Assembly: GCA_051362555.1 (NCBI GenBank)
Contig: CM120647.1
Span: 6,386,001-6,450,000 of the forward strand
Direction of reading: 5' to 3'
Source: Lingula anatina
Lineage: Eukaryota > Animalia > Brachiopoda
Length of the DNA stretch: 64,000 nucleotides
Of this stretch, positions 13,023 through 24,375 are shown piece by piece (position 1 is the first letter of the stretch; every line of letters begins with the position of its first letter). The notes below the pieces were generated by a model. That model had not been told where the DNA came from. It did no database searches and was given only the letters and a program-made list of their open reading frames with translations. The position numbers and the translations under genes are program-made.

Positions 13023-14999
13023 CAAGATGGCGGTGAGCGAAAGACGTTAAGAAATTTTGTATTGTTCAGTGAAAGAGGAGAAAAGCATGTAGAGCGAGTG
13101 ATTAGAACTGTGTTCCGCTTAATGAATGAAAAGGTGATATTCCAAATCCAAAATACTGATCATTCTAGATAATTAAAATATATATTCCCGTTATTTAGAC
13201 TATGTCAAGCCTTGCACATTATACATATTTATTTGCATATGCCCAAGCGGTAACATGTCAAATGAATAATTGCCAGTGAAGATTTCCAAGGTGCCCAAAG
13301 AGTTTGGTGTTTTATATTGCTGTCTGTATTCTTAGAGGGCCATTTGAGTAGTTATTGTTTGAGATTCTTCATTCAAATGACAGATAAAATTAGAGAGTCA
13401 TTACAACTCCATTTTTTATTCATTGCAATTTATATCATCTTTATCCTAATAATGGAGTCTCTCTGTATCAATATCTATATCGACATCATGAACCCTCTTG
13501 AGAATACAGACTAGAAATAGTTTTGCAAAGGGATCTTAATTACAAGGCAAAAGTAAGGCACAAGCATTTCCTTGAGCAATCTACTGATATTTGATAAAAT
13601 GTTTGGTGCAATTTGATTGGTCAGCCCTTTGAAGTCAGTCATGTGACTGATAACACATATCATTTGACCAATCAAAATTTTGCTCACAAAAAACGGGTCC
13701 CAAAAATGGGGGCCTTCAAGCAAAGCCGGGAAAACAATGTCAAAATATCATAAAGTGCATGCATTTTATTAAGAATTATCATTATTATAATTATAATAAT
13801 TATTATTAATAGCAATCTGCTTTGTTGTGTATCTATTTTATAGTGAAATGTTCATGTATGGTTAATGCAATGATTTTATTTTTAGTTGTGCAGAGGGTAA
13901 CATATTTTAGTTTGACAAAGCTTTGAATTATGTGAAATTGTGTCATGGGTAGTGGTGACACCTTGTGGAATTTTGATGCCTGCTCTCCCCACCTAATTTA
14001 AGATCATTGAGGGTCTTTTTTCGTAACTTTTTGTTTTAAAATGTGAGACGATTTAGTGTTTAAAAAGTGTTTTTATATTAGTTTTATCACAGTTGTTTCG
14101 ATGTAAAAATAAGCTACATTTTGGTGAACGAGGGAATGAGGATAGAATTTGAAATGTACCACGCGCAACTATTATTTTCGATGAGTGTATTATGTATACC
14201 TTATTTCTAGATAAAAGGGAAACTCCCAAGATGGAACTTTTCATCATTTGAACGTAACAAGGTGGAGAACACAATTTGAAGGGAAATTTAAAATATCAAG
14301 AATATGTGTAGAAAAAATAACAAGCTTTGTCATTAAATTGTATTCAAGATTCAGGAATAAGTTTTAGTATTACATTTGACTGAGAATGAAGTATTTAAGC
14401 CCATTTTCAGTTTGCTTTGAACTTGTATTTGTTTTTAAAGGTTTGACTTGTGAATTCATCATAGTAACTGGCTGTGAGTATTTGGTTATCTTATATCTAT
14501 TGTATAATATTAACAATAACAAAGCCTAGTATGTTTTCTTAGTGGACTTTATTAGAGTTAGCAGTAAAGGTAATGTGGCTTCTAAAACCAAGACTTTGTT
14601 TTGCTTAATTTTTTTTTAAATTAAAACAAATTACCATGGAGTTTGAAGATGTCTGTAGGTACAGAGAATAACAAAGAGCTGCCCATCAAGTTTAAGATTG
14701 CTGGAAATCTTTCTCTTGAAATAGTAATATATTACACTGCTTTCTAGAAAATTAAATTCAAAATCTCTGTTGAGAGTGAGAAATGTTCTTCTCCGGTATC
14801 TAAACAAGGGGGTAGATCTGTTTAACATAAATGGGAGGATAATTATTCTTCAAATCTTGAAATTGCTACAAACATAATCATGCAGTCTTCCATGTATCCA
14901 CATGCTACATGTAAGATTGCACATAGGGGGAAAAAAAACTTTTACAGGGAAAATGAAAAACATGACATAGATTTCAGGCAAATGCTCAGCTAATACTTA

Positions 15000-15216
15000 G
15001 GCTGTATTCCCAGAGCTTTTAGATCGATCTATCCCCGCGGGGAGTCTCACTAGATTACTGTCAGATAATCCGGCTTAAATGCCCGCCCCGCCTACAACAA
15101 GCTGTAAGTGGGTAACTAACTTTCGTTTCCGCTCGGCTGACAGCTATTTAGCGTGAACCCCCCGGGAGTTAGGTCAATCTAAAGTAGATCGATATCTAAT
15201 CTCTTGAAATGGGGTC
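15000..15216 (+). mobile_element. MITE family A (Harbinger-like, TTA/TAA target site)
   Basis: tta|ggctgtattccc..tagatcgatctatccccgcggggagtctcactagattactgtcag...gaaatggggtc|tta. Copies at 34752-34974 (reverse), 50056-50270 and a diverged one at 32434-32661. Confidence 0.8.
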
Positions 15217-15291
15217 TTAAATTTTACTTTAAACATACCATAAAGCAAATATGATTTGAACAAGTCAAACTGAAACATCACATCACTTTAA

Positions 15292-15627
15292 AGGATAATA
15301 ACTCTTCGTATGAGATCTATATTTCACAATAAAAACATTGTGAATAACTCATAGAAATATAATATATTCTGTTTTACCACAAAAAAGGCAGTTATAGCTA
15401 TTATTCTGATATCTGAGCTTGTCTTAAGACCACGTGACCTCCATTGATGGCTATACTCTGTTAAAATCTCTTAAGAGATTTTAACAAAAAACCAAACTTT
15501 TTAGAAAAAAACCAGGGACTAACTTTGAATGTAAAAATGGATTCATTAATCATTGGTAAGTATGGGAAAATTGTTGTTTACTCCAGGAAAATTCATTTTT
15601 TGGCCGAAACGAAGAGTTATTATTGCT
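15292..15627 (+). mobile_element. MITE family B (Kolobok/T2-like: TTAA TSD, 5'-AGG termini)
   Basis: TIR agg(g)ataataactcttcgt / acgaagagttattat, TTAA on both sides. Near-identical copies at 29903-30239 (reverse) and 31784-32119. Confidence 0.85.
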
Positions 15628-15964
15628 TTAAATGTTCTTAAAACCAAGACCCAGCAAGACTATAATAAAGATAACCTCATAATATTGAAATATTTGTTAT
15701 TAATAAATAAATAGAGGAAAATCCCTCTTCGCCTGACAAAACCCTAATTTCAAACGGGAAATGTGATGCCCCGTAGGGTTCAGTCACAGCATCATGGCTA
15801 CTTTTTCCTTTCTTCTTTTCAACGCATCTCTACAAACATGCAAGGCATAGCCAACAGTGTTTCAGCATAAGAGTTTATCACTTTCTGACAATTATTCATC
15901 AAAATTTAGCAATCATTGCATATTGTTTCCAGTCACAAAACATGCAGTGCCCTCTATAGTTTTG

Positions 15965-18370
15965 TCACTCCATCATGGCCGCCCCCTCTTCCCCAGTTGC
16001 ATCCTCAGAAATATGCAAGTCATCCAGCATTTCCTGCAGGCTTATGTGTGGCACGTCTTCATCATCACTGGTGTCATCTTGGTCAACTGCCAATTTCTGT
16101 GCATCTGTAATGTCAAGAATTCTTGTTTAATAGGGGAGTAAATAAATGAAATGAAATTGTATTTCATTGGCATCCCTTAACGACAATATAGGCTTTTGGC
16201 AAGGGTTGCTGGAGTACTCTGGCTATTCTCCGGGAGTACTGCTGCAACATTTTACATTCTGTAAGGGATAGGCCATGACTGCTCTATTCTTTATACACCT
16301 ACTTGATAATCTGTAATTTGGCTTTTTTAAAATACCTTCAAAATGTTTTTCTAAATTTATTTTGAGAGAAGTGTTGACTAATTCTGATTACAGGGAGAAT
16401 CTTGTCTTATTTTATGGAAAATGTTTTTTTTTCCTTTTCTTTCTTTTTTTTTTTACAAACTGGACTAATACAGTAATGATATCCACCATTGAGTTTTTTG
16501 ACCTATTTATAACACTGCAAATTTAAACTATACTTGCCTTTGTATATATTGACATTTTGCCTCAGTCCTGGGTCTTCCTCCAAATCATCCAAGAAATCAT
16601 TATAATCCCTAAGAATAATGAAATTTTATGAATATATCACATATTCAAAACCATATTAAAATATGCCTATTTTTACAATGGGAACAGTCAAAATATTTTG
16701 AAAGCAGAATATTCGAGACTCGATTAAAATATGTTTTAATCATGTTAACAACTTATGTTGATTTTTAATGAAATTTTAGAATATATGTTCTTTACCAAAT
16801 AGAAAAGATATATTTCATTTTCCAGTACAAAAACAAACAAACAAACAAACACCTCTCAATACTGGAAGTCTCCTCTTTTTCTGTTTGCTCCAATCTCTTC
16901 AGCTTCCACTTCCTCTTCCTTTGACGCTTGCTCTTGTCATAAATCTTCTTGACAATCACCTGCGTAAAACAATTGACAGATTAATTTTGAGAGAGAAAAA
17001 ATTCACTTGATCTAGTATCTACATCTCACCTTTTCTCCATACCTTTTCTTTTCAAGAATTAAATTGTCTCTTCAGCAAAAACTCCCTTCTATCAACCACT
17101 AAGGGTTACTCTTAAGGAAAGTGAATATGTAAATCGCACCAGTGACACACATTTTGTGTAATATTTCACCTTGCCCAATTATTTTCTCTGCTTTATACTT
17201 TAGTTCCCACGTATATCAGTAATTTAAAAGTAAAATAAAACACACATAAATATCACACAAAATGTGTGCATTGTTGATGTGATCGCAGTGGTTTTATTTT
17301 ATTTTATTTTATTTATTAACTTGTTTATTTTTTTTAATGGAATGACCACAGATACAGGACTTTTGGGTACTACTCACCACATCTGGTATCTTATCAGCAG
17401 GTATACTCTCCAGGTATTTATCATTGACATTACTGTTGTTCAAATCAAACCTGAAAGAAAAACACAAAACATTGAAGAATAATAATAATAATATGGTTAA
17501 CCAAAAAAAAAAAAAGGGTACCGAGACAGTTAATTGTATCACACAATCAACAATATAATCCCTTCTCATCCCACACAATCACACCTAACACAACAATCAA
17601 CACTATTGCTTCTCAGCAAACAAAATCACACCTACCACAATGAAGAGTGTTCCCGTCACTCACCCCAGCACAGAGTCCCAAGGCTGGAATTATGTCAGTC
17701 AATTCTCCTCCAGCACAATCACACCTCTCACAGTCAATACAACTGTTTCTCATCCAACACAATCACACCTGTCACAATCAATACAACTGTTTCTCATCCA
17801 ACACAATCACACCTATCACAATCAATACAACTGTTTCTCATCCAACACAATCACACCTGTCACAATCAATACAACTTTTTCTCATGCACCATAACCACAC
17901 CTATCACAATCATGGTCACTCACCCCAGCACAGAGTCCCCAGGCTGGAGTAGATGTCCCAGGTGGGTTCTGCAGAAATATTGCTTCTCTCCCATCTCACT
18001 GGGTCTGGCCACCCACACCTCAGCCAACACATGCTAGGGGAGAAAAGAGAGAAAAATCTTCATTTTATTTACAAATTTTGCACTTATGTATGCTGTAAGA
18101 TATTTCTGAAAGTTAGCAGTGCACATACATTTAAACTTTCATGACTCACATGATTGTAATCCCATATGGGTGAGTTTGCAGTAAAGAACTTCATATAGAT
18201 GATTAATGCCTTGCTTCTTGGAAACGAAATGTAACATGAAAATAGGATTGTGTGTGTTTTTTTTATTCAATATCTGAGCACTTACATACAAAGTCTGGAA
18301 ATTCTTTTACAGGCACAATCTTAAATTCCCATATTTGGGCATTACATGCGAAATCCAATTACTTTCTATG

Positions 18371-18415
<45 letters not shown>

Positions 18416-20761
18416 ACTAATTAAGACATACAGAAGCACACACACACACTTACAAAGACAGAAATAAACAAACATTCAGAAAGACGCACAAACACACATA
18501 AACAAAGACTAACGGACATAACTCTACATCAGCAATTTCCCATCTCTGCACCCTACCTTCTGAGAGACGGGTCCCCTAACTGTCCCCTGCTTCCCGTGGT
18601 CAAACAAAATCTGGATGTCCATGACAACAAACTCTGTCAAGTTCTTAGGTTCGCACAAACTGCTGAAGGGAGTTCTCCAGAATGTTGTGCCACTCATCTC
18701 AGCAACTGATAGAAATAAGTTTTCTTCTTTTAAAAATTTTTATATGTTACAATGGGCGGTAGATACCAGATTCCATGTCCTTCTACTTTTATTCAAAAAT
18801 CACACCTGTAATTCAATATATCTTTCTTGCAATTTTACAACTTAATTTTTTTTTTTTTTTGAAATTCTAGTGTAGAATCCAAGTTTTGAGTTGTAATAAA
18901 AATTTTAAGTACCATAATTGTCATCAACAACAATACCACATCATTATTATTATACCAGTTTACTTACTCTGCAGTGTGTTGACATCAATTAAGTGTATGG
19001 TCTGGGTGACCCTCTGACAGAGACATATGGGGTTCATACCCCCCAGGGACTGGGCCAGCTTGGGGGGCAGACACACCACATTATCCTGGAAATTATAGAA
19101 ATCAAAAGGCAATTTATTTAGTTCATTTTATTGCACAACAACTTATTTATCTTGTTTAATTATTATTTACACCTAAAATTTAACACTAAATTTGGGGCTT
19201 GGCTTAAAGGGATAGCAGCTGTTGCTTTTGGTAAAAAAAAAAAAAGGATTTTCCTGGGGTAAACCACAGTTTTCCCATACTTATTTCCCTTATCAATGTT
19301 TAATGAGTACATTCCAACATTCAAAGTTAGTCCAAGTTTTTTTTCTAAAAAGTTTTTTGTAATCATCTCTTAACGCAACAATTGTTATCCCTTTAACTTG
19401 TTTATTAAGTTAATTTGTAAATGGCTCCATGGCAGCATGTTGTAAACTGGCCAGCATTACTTTAGCAGGTGCTTCAACAGCGCCCCTCAACACGTCTTCC
19501 CCTACTCTTTTTTTATTTTGGAATACATTTTGACCCACAAATCTGGTCTTGTTGAACGACACGTGAGAACTGAAAATAAAGACTAACCTTGCATATAGGC
19601 ACAATTTCCACTGAGAAAGTGGTCTTGTAGTTGTAGGTGTTACTGTGAACATCATGAGATATCAGTTGCTGTGACGTTTGATACCTGAAATAGACAAATA
19701 ATGGCAGGCGTAAAGATTAACTTTAGTTATCTAAGGCTGCAATCAGAACAGTGGAATAGTCTGAAGGTCAAATATGGCCGACCCACTTGAATACTTCCCC
19801 ACTTGGAAACTATTCAGTGTCTATTACAGATTAGAAGGCAAGCTTTTAAGTGGGTCACCATATTTGACCCGCGGACTGGTCCACTGTTCCGAATCAACAT
19901 ACATCCTCCTTAATCCATTTTACATCTGGTTTCCCACAATGAATAAATTCAAGATGATAAAATGTTAAAATACAGACTGAAAACCATACGGGTTTCTTTG
20001 AAAAGACACATGGGAAGGGCAAGGTCACTTGAGTGTCAAGGTCATTCTGAAAGTGAACAAACTTGGACCCACCTACAAGGAACCACAGCCTGCAAGAAGT
20101 TCACCATCGTCCTGGCTTCTTCCTTCTTGTGGTAAAAGAAGTCGATTCCATCTGAAAGAAAATATCATTGTTCCATTTGATCTTAAGTAATAGGTTTTAT
20201 CAAGGGATGAGACTGCCGTTACATGAAAAAGTCAGAAAAATATGGCGCGATGTCCAGGGAGCTGCATGGGCCGATGATATTTTTGGTTCCCAAAAAGTTG
20301 AAATTTCATCCCTGTTTATGTTTACAGTGGCATTGTTTCTCTCTCAGCCTGCATTTTTTACTTACACTGAGGAAAAGGACATTTTTCTTTTGAACTAATA
20401 ACTATCAATCTTGATTAGTTTCCTGAAAGTTGAATATAATCTTTGGTACATCATGAAGAAATTTCTTTGGGGGAAAAATTCTTACCTGGCACTGGGACTA
20501 TACTGACGGTGTTAGCATGGGCATTGTGCTTCAGTATCAGCTGCTCCAAGTAGAAGAAGGTCTTCTTGTGGGAAGTCTGAAAAATAGAAGAATTTGATAT
20601 AGAAAATCTATAAATTTAATTATTATAAAATTCTATTAAAATATGCTTTTCTGGAAGAAATAGAATATTTGTGGATTCTAGAACCGAATGTACACTGCCA
20701 AAGAAATACTATAATCCTACATCAGGTTTTTAGCCTTGACAAATAATTTTTCTGACTAAGT

Positions 20762-20794
<33 letters not shown>

Positions 20795-23632
20795 GCAGGC
20801 ATACACAGACAGTGACTTTAAATAACACCAATCTTCTTATTTAAGGTCTTAAATGTCTCTCAAATCATACTACCATCAGAGATTCACATTATCTAAACAT
20901 TGAGGCCCCACCTTCTGTCTGACTTGCACACATGCCTTCCAGTAGTCCTTGGCCTCCACCTTGTGACAGTCGTCACACATCTGGTTGTTTACTGTGAACT
21001 CCACCACAAACACCTGCTGCAGTACAGCACCATTTACTACCTGAAAAAATAGAACTGAGGATTAGAGAGGCATAGTCCACTTTAAGGCATTTCCCAAAAA
21101 GGTATAGCACCATTAACCACCCTAAAGTAGAACTGAGGATTAGAGAGGCATAGCAGCCTCCTGAGCATGTACCACCAGTTTGGTAATTAAAGACCTTTCT
21201 CATCAATAACAACACCCAGTTATAGCACCATTAACCACCTGAAAAAAGAATTGAGGATCAGAGAGGCATAGCTGCTTCCTGGCCACCTGCCACCAACTTG
21301 ATAAGGCATTCACAGCAATAATATCACCCACTCAGAGGGTGCAGACCTCCAGCAAGGCAGCAAAGTCTCCATCCAATGCCGTTTCACACCTAAATTTTCG
21401 ATATTTTTGATTATTGATTGATTATTGATCCAGATCACTACCAAAAACTAATCACTTCTAAGTTAACCCATTTCTGACCTACCCCGAAAATTCCATTGAA
21501 ATTCATCTATAACTTTTTGAGTTATGTTGATGGCAAACAGACAGACAGACGGACAGACAAGCAGTGGTGAAAACATAATTATACCACCATTCATGACTGA
21601 AAATAAAATTGAGGGTCAGAGAAGCAAAGTTGCCTCTAAGACATGGACCACCAGACACATTTTTAAAGACCTAAAATATGGTAAACTTATTAAATCCAGC
21701 ACACTTTTATTTTACTTTCATTTTTTATATGCATTAATTTTTAAAATCATGACTATCACCAGTTCAGCTAAGGTTGCTTATTTCTACATGAACAAATAAT
21801 TATCATTATCCTACATACCTCCTTCTGTATGGTCAATTTCACTTTGATTCTCTTAGAGTGAGGCTCAGTCCATATAAACCCAGCATCCACCAGACGAACC
21901 TGTTGATTACAAAGCCAAGGTCACATTTTCATTAAAAAGTGAATGTTTCATTACAATCTTATTGCATGCACTGTCATTAAAACATGAAACTTGAAACTGA
22001 ACTTAAATATGATTGTGATACTCAAAAATATGACTGAAAATGTCAGACTGGTATATATTACAATTATCTAATGTGATGGTTTAAATGTTACAGATGGTTG
22101 TATTTAATGTAACAAAGCAAATTGTTATATGTTGACAAATAAGACTTGATTTTTTAAAGATATTTCAAGCTGAACTGGCTGTCAATATGAACCATCACAT
22201 ATCTCAAGGAAAGACTCAATAAATTGTTACATTTGAAAACACTTCAAAAGCTGAAGACGTGACATTCATTGCTCTCTAAATTCATTTTTCTGTAAAATGT
22301 ACAGTGTCTGTACATAAAAACTGAATTCAGTATTTACCTTGTTAAGCCCCTTCAGTTTCTTCAGACACACTGTTAACAGCTCTCTGGACTCTAGTGATGC
22401 TGCTACCCAGGCACTAGGAGGCTGAAGATATCTATAGAACAAAACAAGGCAGCAAAGCTGTCAAATGTACAGACAAAGAGCAGAAAATAATGATGTACAA
22501 AATAGGCTACTGTCAACTCTGATGCTGCTACCCAGGCACTAGGGGGCTAAGGGTATCTAGAGACCACACAACAAATTCACTACTGGCCAGATTAATGTTA
22601 ATAAAAGTTTCAGTCTGTGCCCCCCCCCCCAAAAAAAAAAAAATAATAATAATAATAATAATGTAATCAATAAAATAAAATAAATATTATATTAGTTTTC
22701 TATATATCTGGAAGGCTCTAAGGATCAACTGGCCTTTAACAGTTAATAGTGGCTGATCATTGAACAAATTTACAAATTTTCACTGGCTCAATTTCAATTC
22801 TGCTGATATAGTACTTATAACAATCTATATTATGTATTTTTAACTTTTAATGTCACAGATGAAATGAACCAGTATTTGTCCATTCATAGAAAATTCTGTT
22901 ATCAATTTACTTGAAGTGGTGAAAAGTGTTTGAATTTTTAGGGAAATTTAATTTCAGTGAAATAAAAGCCTTAGGTTAATGCTTCTCATAAAGAAAGATG
23001 AGCACTCCTTGGAATAAATCAACAAACCTTTCACAATTCCTGCAAAAGTAGATGGTCCCTTGTTTAGGGATTCCTTCTGTGATGTCAACATCTGCCCTGA
23101 GACACGCAATGCACATGTTCGTAGGGTTAGGCTCTATGGCTGTGCCACATGAACAACACAGGCTAAAAGTAATAAAAAATTAGATTTGCTATACTACAAA
23201 AAATTGTTCATCATTTGTGTATCTAATTCATTTCCTATAACAGCAAAAACAGGTCCCCAAAAATGTCAAAGCATTACATAATATCAAGCCACTACATTGA
23301 ATTATGTTGACATTAAAATATGAAAAATACCTGACACTTGACAGGAAAATTGTCACCCTTTACTTTTAAGCCTAAAAAATGTAACTAAATTCTAAAAGAA
23401 ATAGACATGGGCAAAATACACAGTATAAACGCAAGAAACTTTAAGCTAACCGAGTCATATTTCACAACATTTTGTCATGTTGGCAAGTTGTTTTCCTACG
23501 GTTTTCGGAAACGATAAAATGGCCAATATCAAAACTCAAACTTTCATTTGAAAAACACACTTGTCAAATGAATACAGTAAATACTTACATCATGTTTGTT
23601 TGGGTCGATGAAGTTTCGGGTAGATATTCCAT
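15965..23632 (-). CDS. NMD3: 60S ribosomal export protein NMD3, 15 coding exons
   Basis: Exons on the minus strand: 23589-23632, 23028-23162, 22338-22431, 21819-21899, 20912-21040, 20486-20576, 20073-20151, 19588-19684, 18968-19085, 18557-18705, 17924-18033, 17378-17450, 16853-16959, 16538-16608, 15965-16104. They splice in frame to MEYLPETSSTQTNMILCCSCGTAIEPNPTNMCIACLR...LESRELL...VRLVDAGFIWTEPHSKRIKVKLTIQKE...HKKTFFYLEQLILKH...DYNDFLDDLEEDP...ISLQEMLDDLHISEDATGEEGAAMME*, which are diagnostic NMD3 motifs including the C-terminal NES. Confidence 0.97.
17535..17912. repeat. CA-rich minisatellite, about 44-bp unit, in an NMD3 intron
   Basis: Repeated tttctcatccaacacaatcacacct(g/a)tcacaatcaatacaactg; it accounts for three overlapping repetitive ORFs in the track. 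Confidence 0.9.
19208..19392 (-). mobile_element. Short relative of MITE family B
   Basis: ttaa|agggata...tatccct|ttaa, with internal sequence resembling the reverse family-B copy (ttcctgg.gtaaac..ttttcccatactta..acattcaaagttag). Confidence 0.7.
21330..21595 (-). mobile_element. Degenerate short DINE-1/HINE-like element, same family as 37481-37716
   Basis: Shares agacctcc.gc.aaggcagc, attgattgattattgatcc, accaaaaactaatcacttcta, ataactttttgagttatgttgatg, acagacagac and ggtgaaaacataa with the 37.5-kb copy. Confidence 0.7.
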
Positions 23633-24060
23633 CTTCACTCTTTTTTTTTCGACCATGTGTTAGAGATGTGATATCACGTGTAGAGCTGCGCTGTAGTTAA
23701 AACTGTAGTTTCGTAAAAATGAACTTATCCAAGCAGGAATATTGTTTAATGTCGTTTAAATTATTTAAAATAAATTTATGAAAAATCAATAATCTAATCA
23801 ACGAAAAAAGACAGATACAACATATGTTGGTGATACATCATAATTTAGATAATTTCGAAAATTTTCCTTTCTTTCAGCTCTGAAAGAGAGGTAGATAAAA
23901 AAAAATTCAGCTGATCTTTCGGACAACGAATTTCTTACAAATTAATTTGTTAATTAACCCCTACTCATTGCAGAAGTTGGAGCGGGTGAACAGATAGATT
24001 AAAACACACTTCTTCCATGTCGTGACCATGTCGACCGTCGAACTAAAGAACTTGAGTAAG
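23633..24060. promoter_or_regulatory. Short divergent promoter region shared by NMD3 (-) and BTB-ZF gene 1 (+), with an E-box
   Basis: The two ATGs are head-to-head about 745 bp apart. CACGTG lies at 23675-23680, 43 bp upstream of the NMD3 ATG. A GTAAGT donor near 24056 may close a non-coding first exon of the ZF gene. Confidence 0.5.
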
Positions 24061-24375
24061 TACAACATGAAAGTTTTAAAAATACACCATACGTGTGTAG
24101 ACTTGGACAAGAATGCAGAAAGTTGCCTAAATGGTTGCTTATATTTATATTTGGTACTTATATTTACCACAGCCACTTGAATGAATTTTAGGTTTGGAAA
24201 GTTTGCTTTTAAACTAAATTACTTTATTATTATTTTTTTTATCAGATGCAGAAATTTATCAGATACAGAGTGGAAAATCCCTCTAACTAGTCTTTATATC
24301 ATAAATACATTTGCCCTCCTACAAGTGATATGACTCTGGCACTTAATTTACCATGCATATCATCTATTTTCAGGC

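Noticed and set aside
17534-18037. Three overlapping 84-167 aa ORFs
   Set aside because: Products of a stop-poor CA-rich minisatellite antisense to NMD3.
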